Below, in pieces: positions 38,777-51,147 of a stretch of DNA of 64,000 nt (position 1 is its first letter; each line of letters starts with the position of its first letter). The DNA is from an uncultured Gemmatimonadaceae bacterium. Lineage in GTDB: Bacteria > Gemmatimonadota > Gemmatimonadetes > Gemmatimonadales > Gemmatimonadaceae. The position numbers and the translations under genes are program-made. The stretch is taken from contig CAWAGQ010000004.1 of assembly GCA_963781585.1 (NCBI GenBank), positions 288,001-352,000 of the forward strand, in the 5' to 3' direction. A model generated the notes under the pieces. That model saw nothing but the letters and a program-made list of their open reading frames with translations. It ran no database searches and had not been told where the DNA came from.

Positions 38777-41731
38777 TCATGGCCGGTAGGCGGCCGTCAC
38801 CCACAGCCTCGCCTTGTGGCGATACGGTGCGTCCAGCGAATACGAGGCCCCCGCACTCGCGCGGACCTGTGGCAGCCGGGCGAAACCTAACGCTTCCGAT
38901 GCAAACGAGCGTTCCACGCCGACCACGCGCTTCCAGTGCTCGAGCGCATCGCCGGCCGCCAGCCAGGTGGCAAACGGCTCGACCGGCCACATTCCCGGAA
39001 TCGACAGGCGGTAGAGACCCATCCGCCTGCCCCCGAGGAAACCGATGGGCACCCCGGGCACCGGCAGCTGCTGCGATACGAATGCCCGGTCGAAATACGG
39101 CACGTCGGCGCCGCCCACCACGAACTGCTCGAACGCGCGCCCGCCGCGTGAATCGCCCCCCGTGGCGGCGTCCACCGCACCCACGCTCGCTTCCGCGCGA
39201 AGCGCCACGGCCTGTGTGCCGGCCACCGCGCCAACGGCCATGATGGTGCGATTCCACCGCTCGGCCCCAGTCGTGCCTCCGCTGCCCTGAAGCGAGACAC
39301 CCACGGCGAGCACCCGCGTCCCGACCGACAGGTTGGCCTGTGCCCGTGCTTCGCCGAATCCGAGCACGCGCCGATTGTCCTGCGCCGGCACGGAGCCTAC
39401 CGCCCCCAGGCTGCCCCCGGCGCGCAACGAGTAGCTGATCGCGCTGAAGTCGCGGTCGAAGCGCGCGACGATCCCCGATCCCACGTACTCGCCGTCGAAC
39501 GGCAACCGTGGCGTGGCCTCGCCGGCCGGTGCGCGCCGGTTCGTGTACCACGCGGCACCTTCGAACACGACGGGCAGCCGCCGAAAGGCGGCGCTCAGCG
39601 ATCCACCACGCCAGGTGCCCGCTTCCCCGTATCCGCCCTGTGCCACGACGCTCAACCTGGCGATTGGGTCGATGTTGGCGACCATGAGCGTGGCCAGCGC
39701 GCCATCGGTGGTCAGCTGTTCGCCCGGCAGGATCCGCCACCGTCGCGGACCCAACCCATAGGCGTGTGGAGGAGAAATGGTCGTCGCGGTGAATGCCGGC
39801 CTCGTCGTATCTGGTCGCGGCGGAGCAGCCGGCGAGAGTTCGGGGTCGAGGGCGACCACGTCCCGCGCGCTGGTCGCGGAGTCGATGGGGAGCCGTCGCA
39901 AGTCGTATCCCTTCGCGTGCAGCGCCAGGAAATACACCAGATTGTCGGCGCGACTCACGTCAGGCGCCAACGCGGCACCGGTCACCCGTGTGAGCGTCGT
40001 GGCCCGGGCGTTGTCGATCTGCAGTCGTTCGAGGTTCGCGATGCCGCCGCGTTCGCTCACTTCCACCACGGCTTCGCCACTGGCGGTCCAGCTTGGCGCG
40101 TATCGCGACGCGCCATCTCCCGGGTCGACCAGGTGCACATCGCGCGTGACCGGGTCGACAATGGCGATGACCCAGCGCCCATTGATGTGATAGCTCGCGG
40201 CGACGCGGCGTCCGTCGGGCGACCACCGCGGCCGATACCAGGCATCGTTCACGTGCGCGGCAACCAGCGTGTGCCACGCGCCCGTCGCGAGATCGACCGT
40301 AACGAGACCACAGCGTCCGTCGGCGCAGCGTACTCCCGCAGCCGACTTGCCGTCGGGAGACGGATCGGCGTGATGGATGCCGGCGCCGTACGTGACGCGC
40401 CGCAGCGCGCCCGTCCGGGAGTTCCAGAGAAAGAGGTCGGGTCGCGAGGCGCCGTCGCCGATCGGCTCCTCGCGATTCACCAGGAGATGCACGTTGTCCG
40501 GGAGCCAACGCGGAAGGTCGTGCGACCGTCCGGCAAATGGCAGCAGTGTGGCGATGGCCCGCCGCGGCGGAGGAAAGGAGTCGGTCGCCGGCACGTCGAG
40601 TGAGTCCAGACGGAGCAGGCGGGCCCGTCGCGCGGCCGCCAACGAGTCGGCGTTGTCGTTCCCCGTGCGCCAGACGACGAGTCGCGACGGCGCGGTGGAA
40701 GAACGAAGAACCACCGCCATCAGCTTTCCGTCGGGCGAGACGGCGGGTTCTCCTGTTGCCCAGTACAACCTCTGTACCAGCTCTCCCTCGACCAGCCCGG
40801 CCTCCTTCAAGCGCCGGTCGATCTCGAGCGATTTGGCGATCACTTCGACGGAGAACCTGCCGTACATGTCGTCAGGCGGCGCCCCGAACACTCCCGCGAA
40901 CGCGGACCCGAAGCTCCGCCGCTGGCGCGCACTCATCCGCCGCCACAGGTAGACGAGGCTGGAGTCCCCCTTGGCCGACCGCAGCCAATCGAGAAATGCG
41001 GAACCCACGAGGTACCGCATGCTTCCGCCCAGAAACGGACTGCTCAGGTCGAGTTGGGAATAGATCGGCAGTTTTCCCTCCAGTGCCCACTGGCGAAGTA
41101 CGGCAGCGCGCCCAACGGAGCTGGGCCGGCCGTCGCCGGTGAGGTCGCCTTCGATGAGCGTGGCGTACCCTTCGATGACCCACTCCGGTGCCTTGCGAGC
41201 CACCGGTCCGATCTGTTCGGGCAGGAAGCGCCACAGCAGGCGCTCGGCGGGATTGCGCGATGGGAAGGTGAGGTGCGCGATGTGCGCGTACTCGTGAACG
41301 GCGAGCGCTTCTCCCCATTCCCGGTACGCACCAAACGAAGGCGACGGTGCCGGGGGCGTGGGCCAGAGGAACATCAATGGTCCTTCGAGAAACGGCAGCG
41401 CAAACCCGTTCGAGACGCTCGATGGATCCTCCACGAGCACCGTCACGCGCGTCCCGGGCACGTTCCCCACCGCGGCGTTCACGCTGGACGCGACGGACTC
41501 CATGCGCTGTGCCACGTCGACCGCCCAGTCGCGCATGGAGGACGGGAAGTGAAATGTGAAATGCGCTGTCTGAACCGTCTGCCACGGATGCGACGGCCGC
41601 GTGAGATACTGCGGCAGTGCTCTCGCCGAAATGGTGGTGAGGAAGACCGCCGACGCCACGGCGCGCCGGTACCAGCGCGCGGCCTCGCGCTCCCGCCCGC
41701 GGACGTTCAGGCGCTCACCGCCGTCAGGCAC
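38777..41731 (-). CDS. Large exported protein: gluzincin-type metallopeptidase domain, PD40/TolB-like beta-propeller and probable beta-barrel C-terminus
   Basis: HEYAH...WVIEGYA, repeated P.(W/V)SPDG motifs, alternating aromatic/Gly strands at the C-terminus. Start uncertain (ORF open to 41779). Confidence 0.75.
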   Translation of the reverse strand: MPDGGERLNVRGREREAARWYRRAVASAVFLTTISARALPQYLTRPSHPWQTVQTAHFTFHFPSSMRDWAVDVAQRMESVASSVNAAVGNVPGTRVTVLVEDPSSVSNGFALPFLEGPLMFLWPTPPAPSPSFGAYREWGEALAVHEYAHIAHLTFPSRNPAERLLWRFLPEQIGPVARKAPEWVIEGYATLIEGDLTGDGRPSSVGRAAVLRQWALEGKLPIYSQLDLSSPFLGGSMRYLVGSAFLDWLRSAKGDSSLVYLWRRMSARQRRSFGSAFAGVFGAPPDDMYGRFSVEVIAKSLEIDRRLKEAGLVEGELVQRLYWATGEPAVSPDGKLMAVVLRSSTAPSRLVVWRTGNDNADSLAAARRARLLRLDSLDVPATDSFPPPRRAIATLLPFAGRSHDLPRWLPDNVHLLVNREEPIGDGASRPDLFLWNSRTGALRRVTYGAGIHHADPSPDGKSAAGVRCADGRCGLVTVDLATGAWHTLVAAHVNDAWYRPRWSPDGRRVAASYHINGRWVIAIVDPVTRDVHLVDPGDGASRYAPSWTASGEAVVEVSERGGIANLERLQIDNARATTLTRVTGAALAPDVSRADNLVYFLALHAKGYDLRRLPIDSATSARDVVALDPELSPAAPPRPDTTRPAFTATTISPPHAYGLGPRRWRILPGEQLTTDGALATLMVANIDPIARLSVVAQGGYGEAGTWRGGSLSAAFRRLPVVFEGAAWYTNRRAPAGEATPRLPFDGEYVGSGIVARFDRDFSAISYSLRAGGSLGAVGSVPAQDNRRVLGFGEARAQANLSVGTRVLAVGVSLQGSGGTTGAERWNRTIMAVGAVAGTQAVALRAEASVGAVDAATGGDSRGGRAFEQFVVGGADVPYFDRAFVSQQLPVPGVPIGFLGGRRMGLYRLSIPGMWPVEPFATWLAAGDALEHWKRVVGVERSFASEALGFARLPQVRASAGASYSLDAPYRHKARLWVTAAYRP

Positions 41732-41834
41732 AGTACCACGAACCGCGATGCCGACTCCCCGGTGCCGCCGAGGCGGCAAAAAAAACGATGGCCGTCGCCA
41801 TCGTTCCCCCGGCTCCCGCGTCAGACGGACGATC

Positions 41835-42008
41835 TCAGCTCGCTCCCGGCTTCCGACGCCGCACGCGGTCCTGCAACCACGTCAGAGGAATCAGAAACAG
41901 CGGCGTAAGCATGTGACCGAGCAGCAGATTCACCCAGATCAAGGCCAGATAGAATCCACCAAGCGCGAGCCCGGCCCAAAGTGTTCCCAGCGGTCCGTGA
42001 GTCTCCAC
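41835..42008 (-). CDS. Possible 57-aa small membrane protein
   Basis: GAGGA upstream of the GTG. Hydrophobic core LWAGLALGGFYLALIWVNLLL and basic tail RVRRRK. Fills an otherwise empty gap. Confidence 0.45.
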   Translation of the reverse strand: METHGPLGTLWAGLALGGFYLALIWVNLLLGHMLTPLFLIPLTWLQDRVRRRKPGAS

Positions 42009-42154
42009 CCGTCCATTCCTCGTTCGCGGTATCCAGCTCAGAAAAAATAGTGCGGGGCAGAGCAGCGGGCCAGAGCGCGGGGGCGCTGTCGTCATCGTCG
42101 CTCCGGAACGAACAGCGGCCGCACACCGGAGGCGGTCGGCAGTACCTTTCGCCA

Positions 42155-43471
42155 ATGACCGAGGTGACCCAGGACGTCATTCTCCATTCGGTTGCGGCGC
42201 TGCTCGCTCGGCGTGCGCGTCTGGTACTCGCCGTGTCCGGCGGGATCGACTCGATGACGCTGCTCGACGCGGTGTCGCGTGCGCGCAGTCCGCATCATCA
42301 CATCGTTGTGGCGTCGTTCGACCACGGCACGGGAGCGAGTGCCAGGGAGGCAGTGGCCGTGGCCGCGTTCGAATCCTCGCGACGCGGCCTTGCGGTTCGC
42401 ACCGAGTCGGTCTCGCACTCCCGAGCCACCGAGGCCGTCTGGCGGGACGCGCGATGGCGCTTCCTCCGAGCGGTGGCGGATGCCGAGAACGCGATCGTGG
42501 TGACCGGCCACACGCGCGACGACCAGATCGAAACGGTGTTCATGCGGCTGCTGCGCGGCACCGGACCCCGGGGCCTGGCCGGGTTGCTCGAGTCGCCTCG
42601 CATCGCGCGTCCGCTCCTCCCGCGTTCTCGCCGTGAGGTGGAGCGATACGCGACTGCGCATGGCGTCCGATTCGTGGAGGATCCCTCGAACAGCTCGCGG
42701 CAACACCAACGCAATCGGGTGCGATGGGATCTGCTCCCGGCACTCCGCGCTGTTGTTCCCGGATTCGACGACTCGTTGCTCGCGCTCGCGGCGCAGGCCG
42801 CCGACTGGCGAGCGGACTTCGACGCGGTCGTCGGCTTCTTCATGCGGGCGCCACCTCGGGACGGCGAAGTCGAGGTCGACGCGGACACGCTTCGCGGATA
42901 CCCGGCCTGGATGTTGAGGTACCTGTGGCAGGCCATTGCGGCCGCGGGCGGCATCACGCTGGACCGGCGCGCGCTGACTCGCCTGGCGCGCTTCGCCGAG
43001 CGAGGCCGCTGCGGACAGCGGGTGCCGGTGTCGGGCGGGGTCGAAGTCATCCGTGGACGCTCGTCGTTCTGGATGCGACGAGTACTGACCGGAGCGCCCA
43101 TCGGTCTATGCAGCCTGCCGAAGGGCGGCGAGCTAAGCTACGGACCGTGGCACTTCCGCCCCCTTCCCGGGACTACTATTAACAGCATCGGCCGTGACCC
43201 CTGGGTAACCGCGCTGCCGGCCAACAGCGATCTGGCCGTTCGGGCCTGGCAACCCGGTGATCGCATGCTTGTTGGAGCGGACGGGTCGGAGCGGAAGGTC
43301 AAGCGCTTCTTCTCGGACGCTGGTGTTGTGGGACCCATGCGGGAGGGATGGCCGGTTGTCCTTCTCGAAGGCAAGGTCGTCTGGATTCCAGGAATTCGTC
43401 GCGGTTTGTCATCCATCCGTTGGAACCAGAGAGAACCCATACTCTACCGCTGTGAGCGTCTCACTCGGTGA
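42155..43471 (+). CDS. tilS: tRNA(Ile)-lysidine synthase
   Basis: PP-loop SGGIDS, TGHTRDDQIET, RPLL, EDPSN, RNRVR. tilS-hpt-ftsH synteny. Confidence 0.95.
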   Translation: MTEVTQDVILHSVAALLARRARLVLAVSGGIDSMTLLDAVSRARSPHHHIVVASFDHGTGASAREAVAVAAFESSRRGLAVRTESVSHSRATEAVWRDARWRFLRAVADAENAIVVTGHTRDDQIETVFMRLLRGTGPRGLAGLLESPRIARPLLPRSRREVERYATAHGVRFVEDPSNSSRQHQRNRVRWDLLPALRAVVPGFDDSLLALAAQAADWRADFDAVVGFFMRAPPRDGEVEVDADTLRGYPAWMLRYLWQAIAAAGGITLDRRALTRLARFAERGRCGQRVPVSGGVEVIRGRSSFWMRRVLTGAPIGLCSLPKGGELSYGPWHFRPLPGTTINSIGRDPWVTALPANSDLAVRAWQPGDRMLVGADGSERKVKRFFSDAGVVGPMREGWPVVLLEGKVVWIPGIRRGLSSIRWNQREPILYRCERLTR

Positions 43472-44003
43472 TCCGCGGCTGCAGGGGCGTGCCATCCGGC
43501 GCGTCGTCTACTCGACCGAACAGATCGCGGCGCGGGTACGCGAGCTCGGTCGGGAGATCACGGGCGCCTACCCGGACGGGGATCTGCTGGTTCTGGGGCT
43601 GCTCAAGGGGAGCTTCATTTTCGTGAGCGACCTGGTGCGGCAGATCACGCGGCCGCTGCAGGTGGATTTCCTGGTGGTGGCCAGCTACGGGAACGAGCTG
43701 GTGTCGAGCGGCCAGGTGCGGCTCGTGTACGATCCGGAGACAGTCCTGGGAGGGAAGCACATCCTGGTGGTGGAAGATGTGGTGGATTCGGGGCGAACCC
43801 TCAGCAGGGTCATCGACGTACTAATGGAGAGACACCCGGCTTCCCTGGAAGTGTGCGCCATGCTGGACAAGCACGTATCGACGCATCTGGCACGTCCGCC
43901 GAGGTTCATCGGATTCGACGCGCCGCCCGAGTTCCTCGTCGGTTACGGCCTGGATCATGCGGAGAACTTCCGTCACTTGCCCTATATTGCGAGTCTGCAG
44001 TAG
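43452..44003 (+). CDS. hpt: Hypoxanthine phosphoribosyltransferase
   Basis: LLKGSFIF, VVEDVVDSGRTL, FLVGYGLD. Confidence 0.95.
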   Translation: MSVSLGDPRLQGRAIRRVVYSTEQIAARVRELGREITGAYPDGDLLVLGLLKGSFIFVSDLVRQITRPLQVDFLVVASYGNELVSSGQVRLVYDPETVLGGKHILVVEDVVDSGRTLSRVIDVLMERHPASLEVCAMLDKHVSTHLARPPRFIGFDAPPEFLVGYGLDHAENFRHLPYIASLQ

Positions 44004-44016
44004 GGCGGAAGGATAC

Positions 44017-45995
<1,979 letters not shown>

Positions 45996-45996
<1 letters not shown>

Positions 45997-46943
45997 TGGC
46001 GTCCGAGCGTTTCACGCCGCACGAGGGCGGGACGCGCACCACGGGAGAAGGGAAGCGCGGCGCTTCGGACGGCGGAACGCCGCGCTGGCGTCTGTTTGGC
46101 GCAGATGTGGCGCTCTCGCGTCCGGTGGTCGTGGGAATTCTGAACGTCACGCCCGATTCGTTCAGCGACGGGGGCCGCTACTCCACGGTCGAGGCTGCGG
46201 TCGCCGCGGCGGAAGAAATGGCTCGCGACGGGGCTGACGTACTCGACATCGGTGGCGAGTCCACGCGACCCGGCTCCCAGCGGGTCTCCGAAGAGGAAGA
46301 GCTGCGGCGCGTGATGCCGGTACTGCGCGCGGTGCGACGCCGCGTTCCGGAGCTCCCGATCTCGCTCGACACGACCCGGAGCAGCGTTGCCGGAGCGGGG
46401 CTTGGCGAAGGCGCCAATGCGATCAATGATGTCTCCGGGCTCCGCCTCGATCCGGATCTCGCCAACGTCGTGGCGGGCATTGGCGCCGGCCTCGTCCTCA
46501 TGCACTCGCGCGGTGGCGCGGACCAGATGGCGAGCTACGACCTCGCCGAGTACGGTGGCGACGTGACCGGGGCCGTTGTCGCGGAGGTCCAGGTGGCGCT
46601 GTCGCGCGCGCGCGAGGCCGGGGTTCGCGACCACTCCATTGTTCTCGATCCGGGTATTGGATTCGCGAAACGCGGCGACCAGTCGCTCACGGTGCTCCGG
46701 GAGCTTGATCGGCTGGCCGTGCTGGGTCTTCCCATCATGGTGGGCGCCTCGCGCAAGCGCGTGGTGGCGGACATCACCGGCGAGATCGTGCCGGCGCAGC
46801 GTGTCTACGGGAGCGTTGGCCTGCACATCGCCGCCCTCCAGCGCGGTGCCCGACTCTTTCGCGTGCACGACGTGAGGGCGCACCGGCAGGCGCTGGACGC
46901 GGCATGGCGCGTCCTCGGTCCGGGCGATCGCGTCACGGCATGA
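45996..46943 (+). CDS. folP: Dihydropteroate synthase
   Basis: GILNVTPDSFSDGG, DIGGESTRPG, DPGIGFAK, SRKR, RVHDV. Confidence 0.96.
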
Positions 46944-48955
46944 CCGCGGGGCCCTCCGATGCGCGGGCCGTCGGGGCGCGCGAGCCGCGTCGGGCGGCGG
47001 AGCGCGGCGCGGGCGTCATGGTGTGCGCCTTTCTCCTGCTGGTGTACTTCGTGTCGCTGGCGCCCGACGTGACACTGTGGGATGCGGGCGAGTTCAACGC
47101 CGCAATCGCCACGCTGGGCATTCCTCATCCGCCGGGGACGCCCCTCTATGTACTCGTAGCCCACGTGTGGGCGCGCCTGTTGCCGCTGTTATCGCAGGTG
47201 GTGGCGGTGAACGCGCTCTCGGCCGTTGCCACGGCTGCGGCGTGTGGACTGCTGGCGCGGCGGATCACAGCCTGGACGGGGAGCGCCGTGTCGGGAATCG
47301 CCGCAGGAGTGACCGCGGGAATCATGTTTTCTGTATGGCAGAACGCCACGGAAACCGAGGTGTACGCGCTCTCCTTGTTGCTGGCGATATCGCTGCTGAT
47401 CGTCGGCGATCGTGCCGGCCGGACGGGATCGGTGCGGCACGCGGTGCTGCTGGTGTACCTGATGGCGCTGTCGATTCCACTGCAGATCAGCGCGCTGGTG
47501 TCGGCGCCCGCGGCCATTCTGCTCGCCAGCACCACCGACGCGGGGCGGATCTCCCGCGAGCGCCTTGTCTCGTTAGGTGCCGCCTTCGCGATGGTGGTCG
47601 GCCTCGGGGTGGGAGCCGCCTGGCTGGTGGTGGCCGGGGCCCTCGTGCTGTTCGGCCTGTCCGGCTACCGCGTGGTACGACGGCAGGCGAGCAACGTGGC
47701 GGCCTGGCGGCTGATAGGGGCCGTGGCGGTGGGAGCCAGCGCCGTGGTGTTCATGCTGATCCGTGCGGCGCACGACCCGGGAGTCAACCAGGGCGATCCG
47801 GCCAGGTGGCGCGCCCTGGCCGATGTCGTCGCCCGACGCCAGTACGACGTCCCTCCGCTCTGGCCGCGCCGCGCACCCATCTGGCTGCAGCTCGGCAATC
47901 TCGTGCAGTACAGCGACTGGCAGGTAGCGGCCGGGCTCGACGCGTCGCCCGGACCATCGTGGCTCCGCACCCCCTGGACCATTGCGTTCGGCCTCCTGGC
48001 CGCAGTCGGCGCCCGGTGGCACTGGAACCGCGAACGCCGGAGTGCCACCGCCATGGCGCTGCTGTTCGCCTGCGCCTCGTTAGGTGTGGTGGGCGTACTC
48101 AATCTGCGCGCCGGACCGAGCATCGGCATCGGCGTCCTGCCGGCCGACGCCGTCCACGAGCCGCGCGAGCGGGACTATTTCTTCGCGTTGGCCTTCGTCG
48201 TGGCGGGTGCGTGGGCGGGAATGGGTGGCGTGGCGGTGGCCGGTCGTCTCGGGAGACGACGGCGGTGGCTCGGTCTGGCAACGGCGGTGCCGCTCGCCCT
48301 CAACTGGCAGGCCACCGACCGCCGCCGACAGCCCGATGCCTCGCTCCCCGACGCCCTGGGCGTCTCGCTCCTGTCGTCCTCGCCGCCGCGTGCGGTACTG
48401 CTGCTCGCCGGCGACAACGACTCGTACGCGACGTGGTTTGAGCAGCAGGTGCACGATCTGCGCAAGGACGTCACGCCGATAACGCTTCCCCTGCTCGGCG
48501 CCGACTGGTACCGCGCCGAACTGGCGCGCCGGGATTCACTCCTGCCAGCGCGCGCGGTGTCGGAGTGGGTCGGTACCGAAGCCACCCTTCGGTTCATTCG
48601 CGAGCAAGCAGCGCGCCTCGGCCGACCGGTTGTCGCGGCCGTTTCGATTCCTCGACAGACCCGCGAGGCGATCGCACCGGACTGGGTGCTGAGCGGAATG
48701 GTGTTTGTGGAGCGCGGGGCGGACCGGGGCGCTCCGACGGTCATCGTGTCCGGCGCGCCTGTCGATCCACGCGCGGCCCGGACCGCTGCACGAGACATCG
48801 CGGCCCGGGTGCCTCAGCTGTCACGTCCGGCTCGGGACCCTGCGGGCACGTACGTCCAGCAGCTGCTGAGCTGCCCGTCGCGCGCGGTGCGCGAAATCGA
48901 CTCCATCTCTACCGGTCGCGACGGTTTACTTGATTCGTGGTGTAACCTCAAGTAG
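46940..48955 (+). CDS. DUF2723 / TMEM260-like GT-C membrane glycosyltransferase
   Basis: WDAGEF..LGIPHPPGTPLY, ETEVY, RERDYFF, GDND. Multiple TM helices. Confidence 0.85.
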   Translation: MTAGPSDARAVGAREPRRAAERGAGVMVCAFLLLVYFVSLAPDVTLWDAGEFNAAIATLGIPHPPGTPLYVLVAHVWARLLPLLSQVVAVNALSAVATAAACGLLARRITAWTGSAVSGIAAGVTAGIMFSVWQNATETEVYALSLLLAISLLIVGDRAGRTGSVRHAVLLVYLMALSIPLQISALVSAPAAILLASTTDAGRISRERLVSLGAAFAMVVGLGVGAAWLVVAGALVLFGLSGYRVVRRQASNVAAWRLIGAVAVGASAVVFMLIRAAHDPGVNQGDPARWRALADVVARRQYDVPPLWPRRAPIWLQLGNLVQYSDWQVAAGLDASPGPSWLRTPWTIAFGLLAAVGARWHWNRERRSATAMALLFACASLGVVGVLNLRAGPSIGIGVLPADAVHEPRERDYFFALAFVVAGAWAGMGGVAVAGRLGRRRRWLGLATAVPLALNWQATDRRRQPDASLPDALGVSLLSSSPPRAVLLLAGDNDSYATWFEQQVHDLRKDVTPITLPLLGADWYRAELARRDSLLPARAVSEWVGTEATLRFIREQAARLGRPVVAAVSIPRQTREAIAPDWVLSGMVFVERGADRGAPTVIVSGAPVDPRAARTAARDIAARVPQLSRPARDPAGTYVQQLLSCPSRAVREIDSISTGRDGLLDSWCNLK

Positions 48956-48958
48956 TAT
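48930..48958 (+). promoter_or_regulatory. Sigma70-type promoter directly upstream of yggS
   Basis: TTGATT-17 nt-TAGTAT in an AT-rich patch. The ATG follows 8 nt after the -10. Confidence 0.6.
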
Positions 48959-48966
48959 GGGATGTT

Positions 48967-49650
48967 ATGTCGTTCGTCGGACTGGCTGATCGATTCGCTG
49001 ACGTCCGCCACAGAATTGCCGCGGCGGTGTCGCGTGGGGGGCACGGCCAGGCGGTGAAAGTGGTGGCAGTGACGAAGACGCATGGCGCCGAGGCGGTACA
49101 GGCGGCTTGGACGGCGGGGTTGGGGGCGGTGGGTGAGAACCGGGTACAGGAGGCGTTGGCGAAGATGGAGCAGTGCGCGGTGCCGGTGGAGTGGCATCTG
49201 ATCGGTCATTTGCAGCGAAACAAGGTGAAGCACCTGGGACGTTTTGCGTTGTTTCATGCGCTGGATAGCGTGCGCCTGGCCGAGGCGGCGGCGCTGCACG
49301 GTCGTGCGACCGGGGAACGGTATGCGGTTCTGGTGCAGGTGAATGCGTCGGGAGAGACGACCAAGGGAGGTTTCTCCCTGGCTGAGCTGCCTGCGGAAGC
49401 GGATCGGCTGCGGGGGACGCGTGAACTGGATGTGCGTGGCGTGATGACCATGGCGCCTCTGGACGCGGACGAGGCCACCCTGCGCTCGGCGTTCGGAGCC
49501 TGCCGGGACGCGCTGCGGATGTTACGCGAAGCGGGGCACGAAGCGTCGGAGTTGTCGATGGGGATGTCAAACGATTTCGAGGTGGCTGTTGAAGAGGGAG
49601 CGACGATGGTGCGTTTAGGGACGATCCTGTTCGGAGCGCGAGAGCCATGA
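48967..49650 (+). CDS. yggS: PLP homeostasis protein (YggS family)
   Basis: VAVTKT, GENRVQE, WHLIGHLQRNK, GVMTMAP, LSMGMSNDF, VRLGTILFG. Confidence 0.96.
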   Translation: MSFVGLADRFADVRHRIAAAVSRGGHGQAVKVVAVTKTHGAEAVQAAWTAGLGAVGENRVQEALAKMEQCAVPVEWHLIGHLQRNKVKHLGRFALFHALDSVRLAEAAALHGRATGERYAVLVQVNASGETTKGGFSLAELPAEADRLRGTRELDVRGVMTMAPLDADEATLRSAFGACRDALRMLREAGHEASELSMGMSNDFEVAVEEGATMVRLGTILFGAREP

Positions 49651-50201
49651 CCGACGAGTCGTTTCATCTCACCCCGCTCGACATCCGGCGCTACGATTTT
49701 GGCAGCGCCCTGCGCGGATACGACAAGACCCGCGTGGATCAGTTTCGCGACCAGGTCGCGAACGAAGTCGAGCGACTCGTCAAGCAGTGCCAGGATCTCG
49801 AGGCCAAGGCGCGCGGATTCCACGAGCAGCTGCGGGCATTTCGCGAGCGGGACAAGGCGCTCAACGAGGCGCTCGTCTCCGCCCAGCAGTTGCGCGCCGA
49901 GATTCGCGAGCAGGCCGATCGCGAGGCGCAACTCATCCTGCGGGAGGCGCGTGCCGAGGGAGAGCGGCAGCTCGACCAGCTGCGCCTCGAGATGCACCGG
50001 GTGGAAGGCGACATCGACACCCTCGTCAAGCGACGGCGGTCGTACCTGGCGCAGCTCCGTTCGGTGGTGGAGCATCAGCTGGCGGACATCGAGGCCGCCG
50101 AGGCGGCGCCGAGTTCCATGTCTCCGGGCGACAGCGCCGACTCGCGGGCCCGCGACAATACGGAGACCCCCGCCTGGCTGGATGAACTGGTGAAGGAGTA
50201 G
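49647..50201 (+). CDS. divIVA: DivIVA-domain protein
   Basis: LTPLDIRRYDF..LRGYD..VDQF followed by coiled coil. yggS-divIVA-ileS context. Confidence 0.88.
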   Translation: MTDESFHLTPLDIRRYDFGSALRGYDKTRVDQFRDQVANEVERLVKQCQDLEAKARGFHEQLRAFRERDKALNEALVSAQQLRAEIREQADREAQLILREARAEGERQLDQLRLEMHRVEGDIDTLVKRRRSYLAQLRSVVEHQLADIEAAEAAPSSMSPGDSADSRARDNTETPAWLDELVKE

Positions 50202-50295
50202 GCGCGGGGCGCGCACTCGCGACGCGGACATCCGGCGCAAAACGAGGGACTGCTGCTAGATTCCCTCGTTTGTCTTTCCGCCATTGGCGCCGCTC

Positions 50296-51147
50296 ATGAC
50301 GATGCCCGGATTGGATCAGGTCACGCAGAAGCTTGAACAGGTGGATGCGGCGGCCGACGTCGTGCGACGTCGCTCGGGCGTCGTGCCGCAGGCTGCCGTG
50401 ATCATCGGGACTGGGCTGGGTGCGCTGGCAACGCGCATCGAATCCGCGACCGTGATCCCGTACGCGGACATCCCGGGCTTCCCACGTCCCACCGTGGAAA
50501 CGCACGCCGGCCGCCTGCTGTGCGGTGAACTGTCCGGACGCCAGGTGGTGGCGATGGAAGGGCGCTTCCACCGGTACGAGGGATACTCTCTGCAGCAGGT
50601 GACCTTCCCGGTCCGGGTGCTGCGCGCGTTAGGCGCACGGGTCTTGGTGGTCTCGAATGCGGGCGGCGGGATGCACCCCCTGTGGGAGGCCGGCGACCTG
50701 ATGCTGCTTGCCGATCACATCAATCTGCTGGGAGACAACCCGCTGGTGGGACCGAACGATGACCGCCTGGGTCCGCGGTTCCCGGACATGTCCGAGCCAT
50801 ACGATCCGGGACTGCGGGCGCTGGCCAGGGAGGTGGCCGCGGCGCAGGGCATCCACCTGCGCGAAGGTGTGTACGTGGCGGTGAGCGGCCCGAACCTGGA
50901 GACGCGCGCCGAATACCGGATGCTGCGCGCGCTGGGCGCGGATGTGGTCGGCATGTCCACGGTTCCCGAGGTGATCGTCGCCGTCCACGGGGGGATGCGC
51001 GTACTGGGCCTCTCGATCATCACCGATCTGTGCCTGCCCGACGCGCTGGCTCCGGCCAGCGTGGCGGACATCATCGCCACCGCGGCGCGGGCCGAGCCGC
51101 ACCTGACCGCCGTGATCACCGGCGTGCTGCGGCGTCTCGACACATGA
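50296..51147 (+). CDS. Purine-nucleoside phosphorylase (trimeric type)
   Basis: GTGLG, GRFHRYEG, NAGGG, GPNLETRAE, VGMSTVPE. Confidence 0.93.
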   Translation: MTMPGLDQVTQKLEQVDAAADVVRRRSGVVPQAAVIIGTGLGALATRIESATVIPYADIPGFPRPTVETHAGRLLCGELSGRQVVAMEGRFHRYEGYSLQQVTFPVRVLRALGARVLVVSNAGGGMHPLWEAGDLMLLADHINLLGDNPLVGPNDDRLGPRFPDMSEPYDPGLRALAREVAAAQGIHLREGVYVAVSGPNLETRAEYRMLRALGADVVGMSTVPEVIVAVHGGMRVLGLSIITDLCLPDALAPASVADIIATAARAEPHLTAVITGVLRRLDT

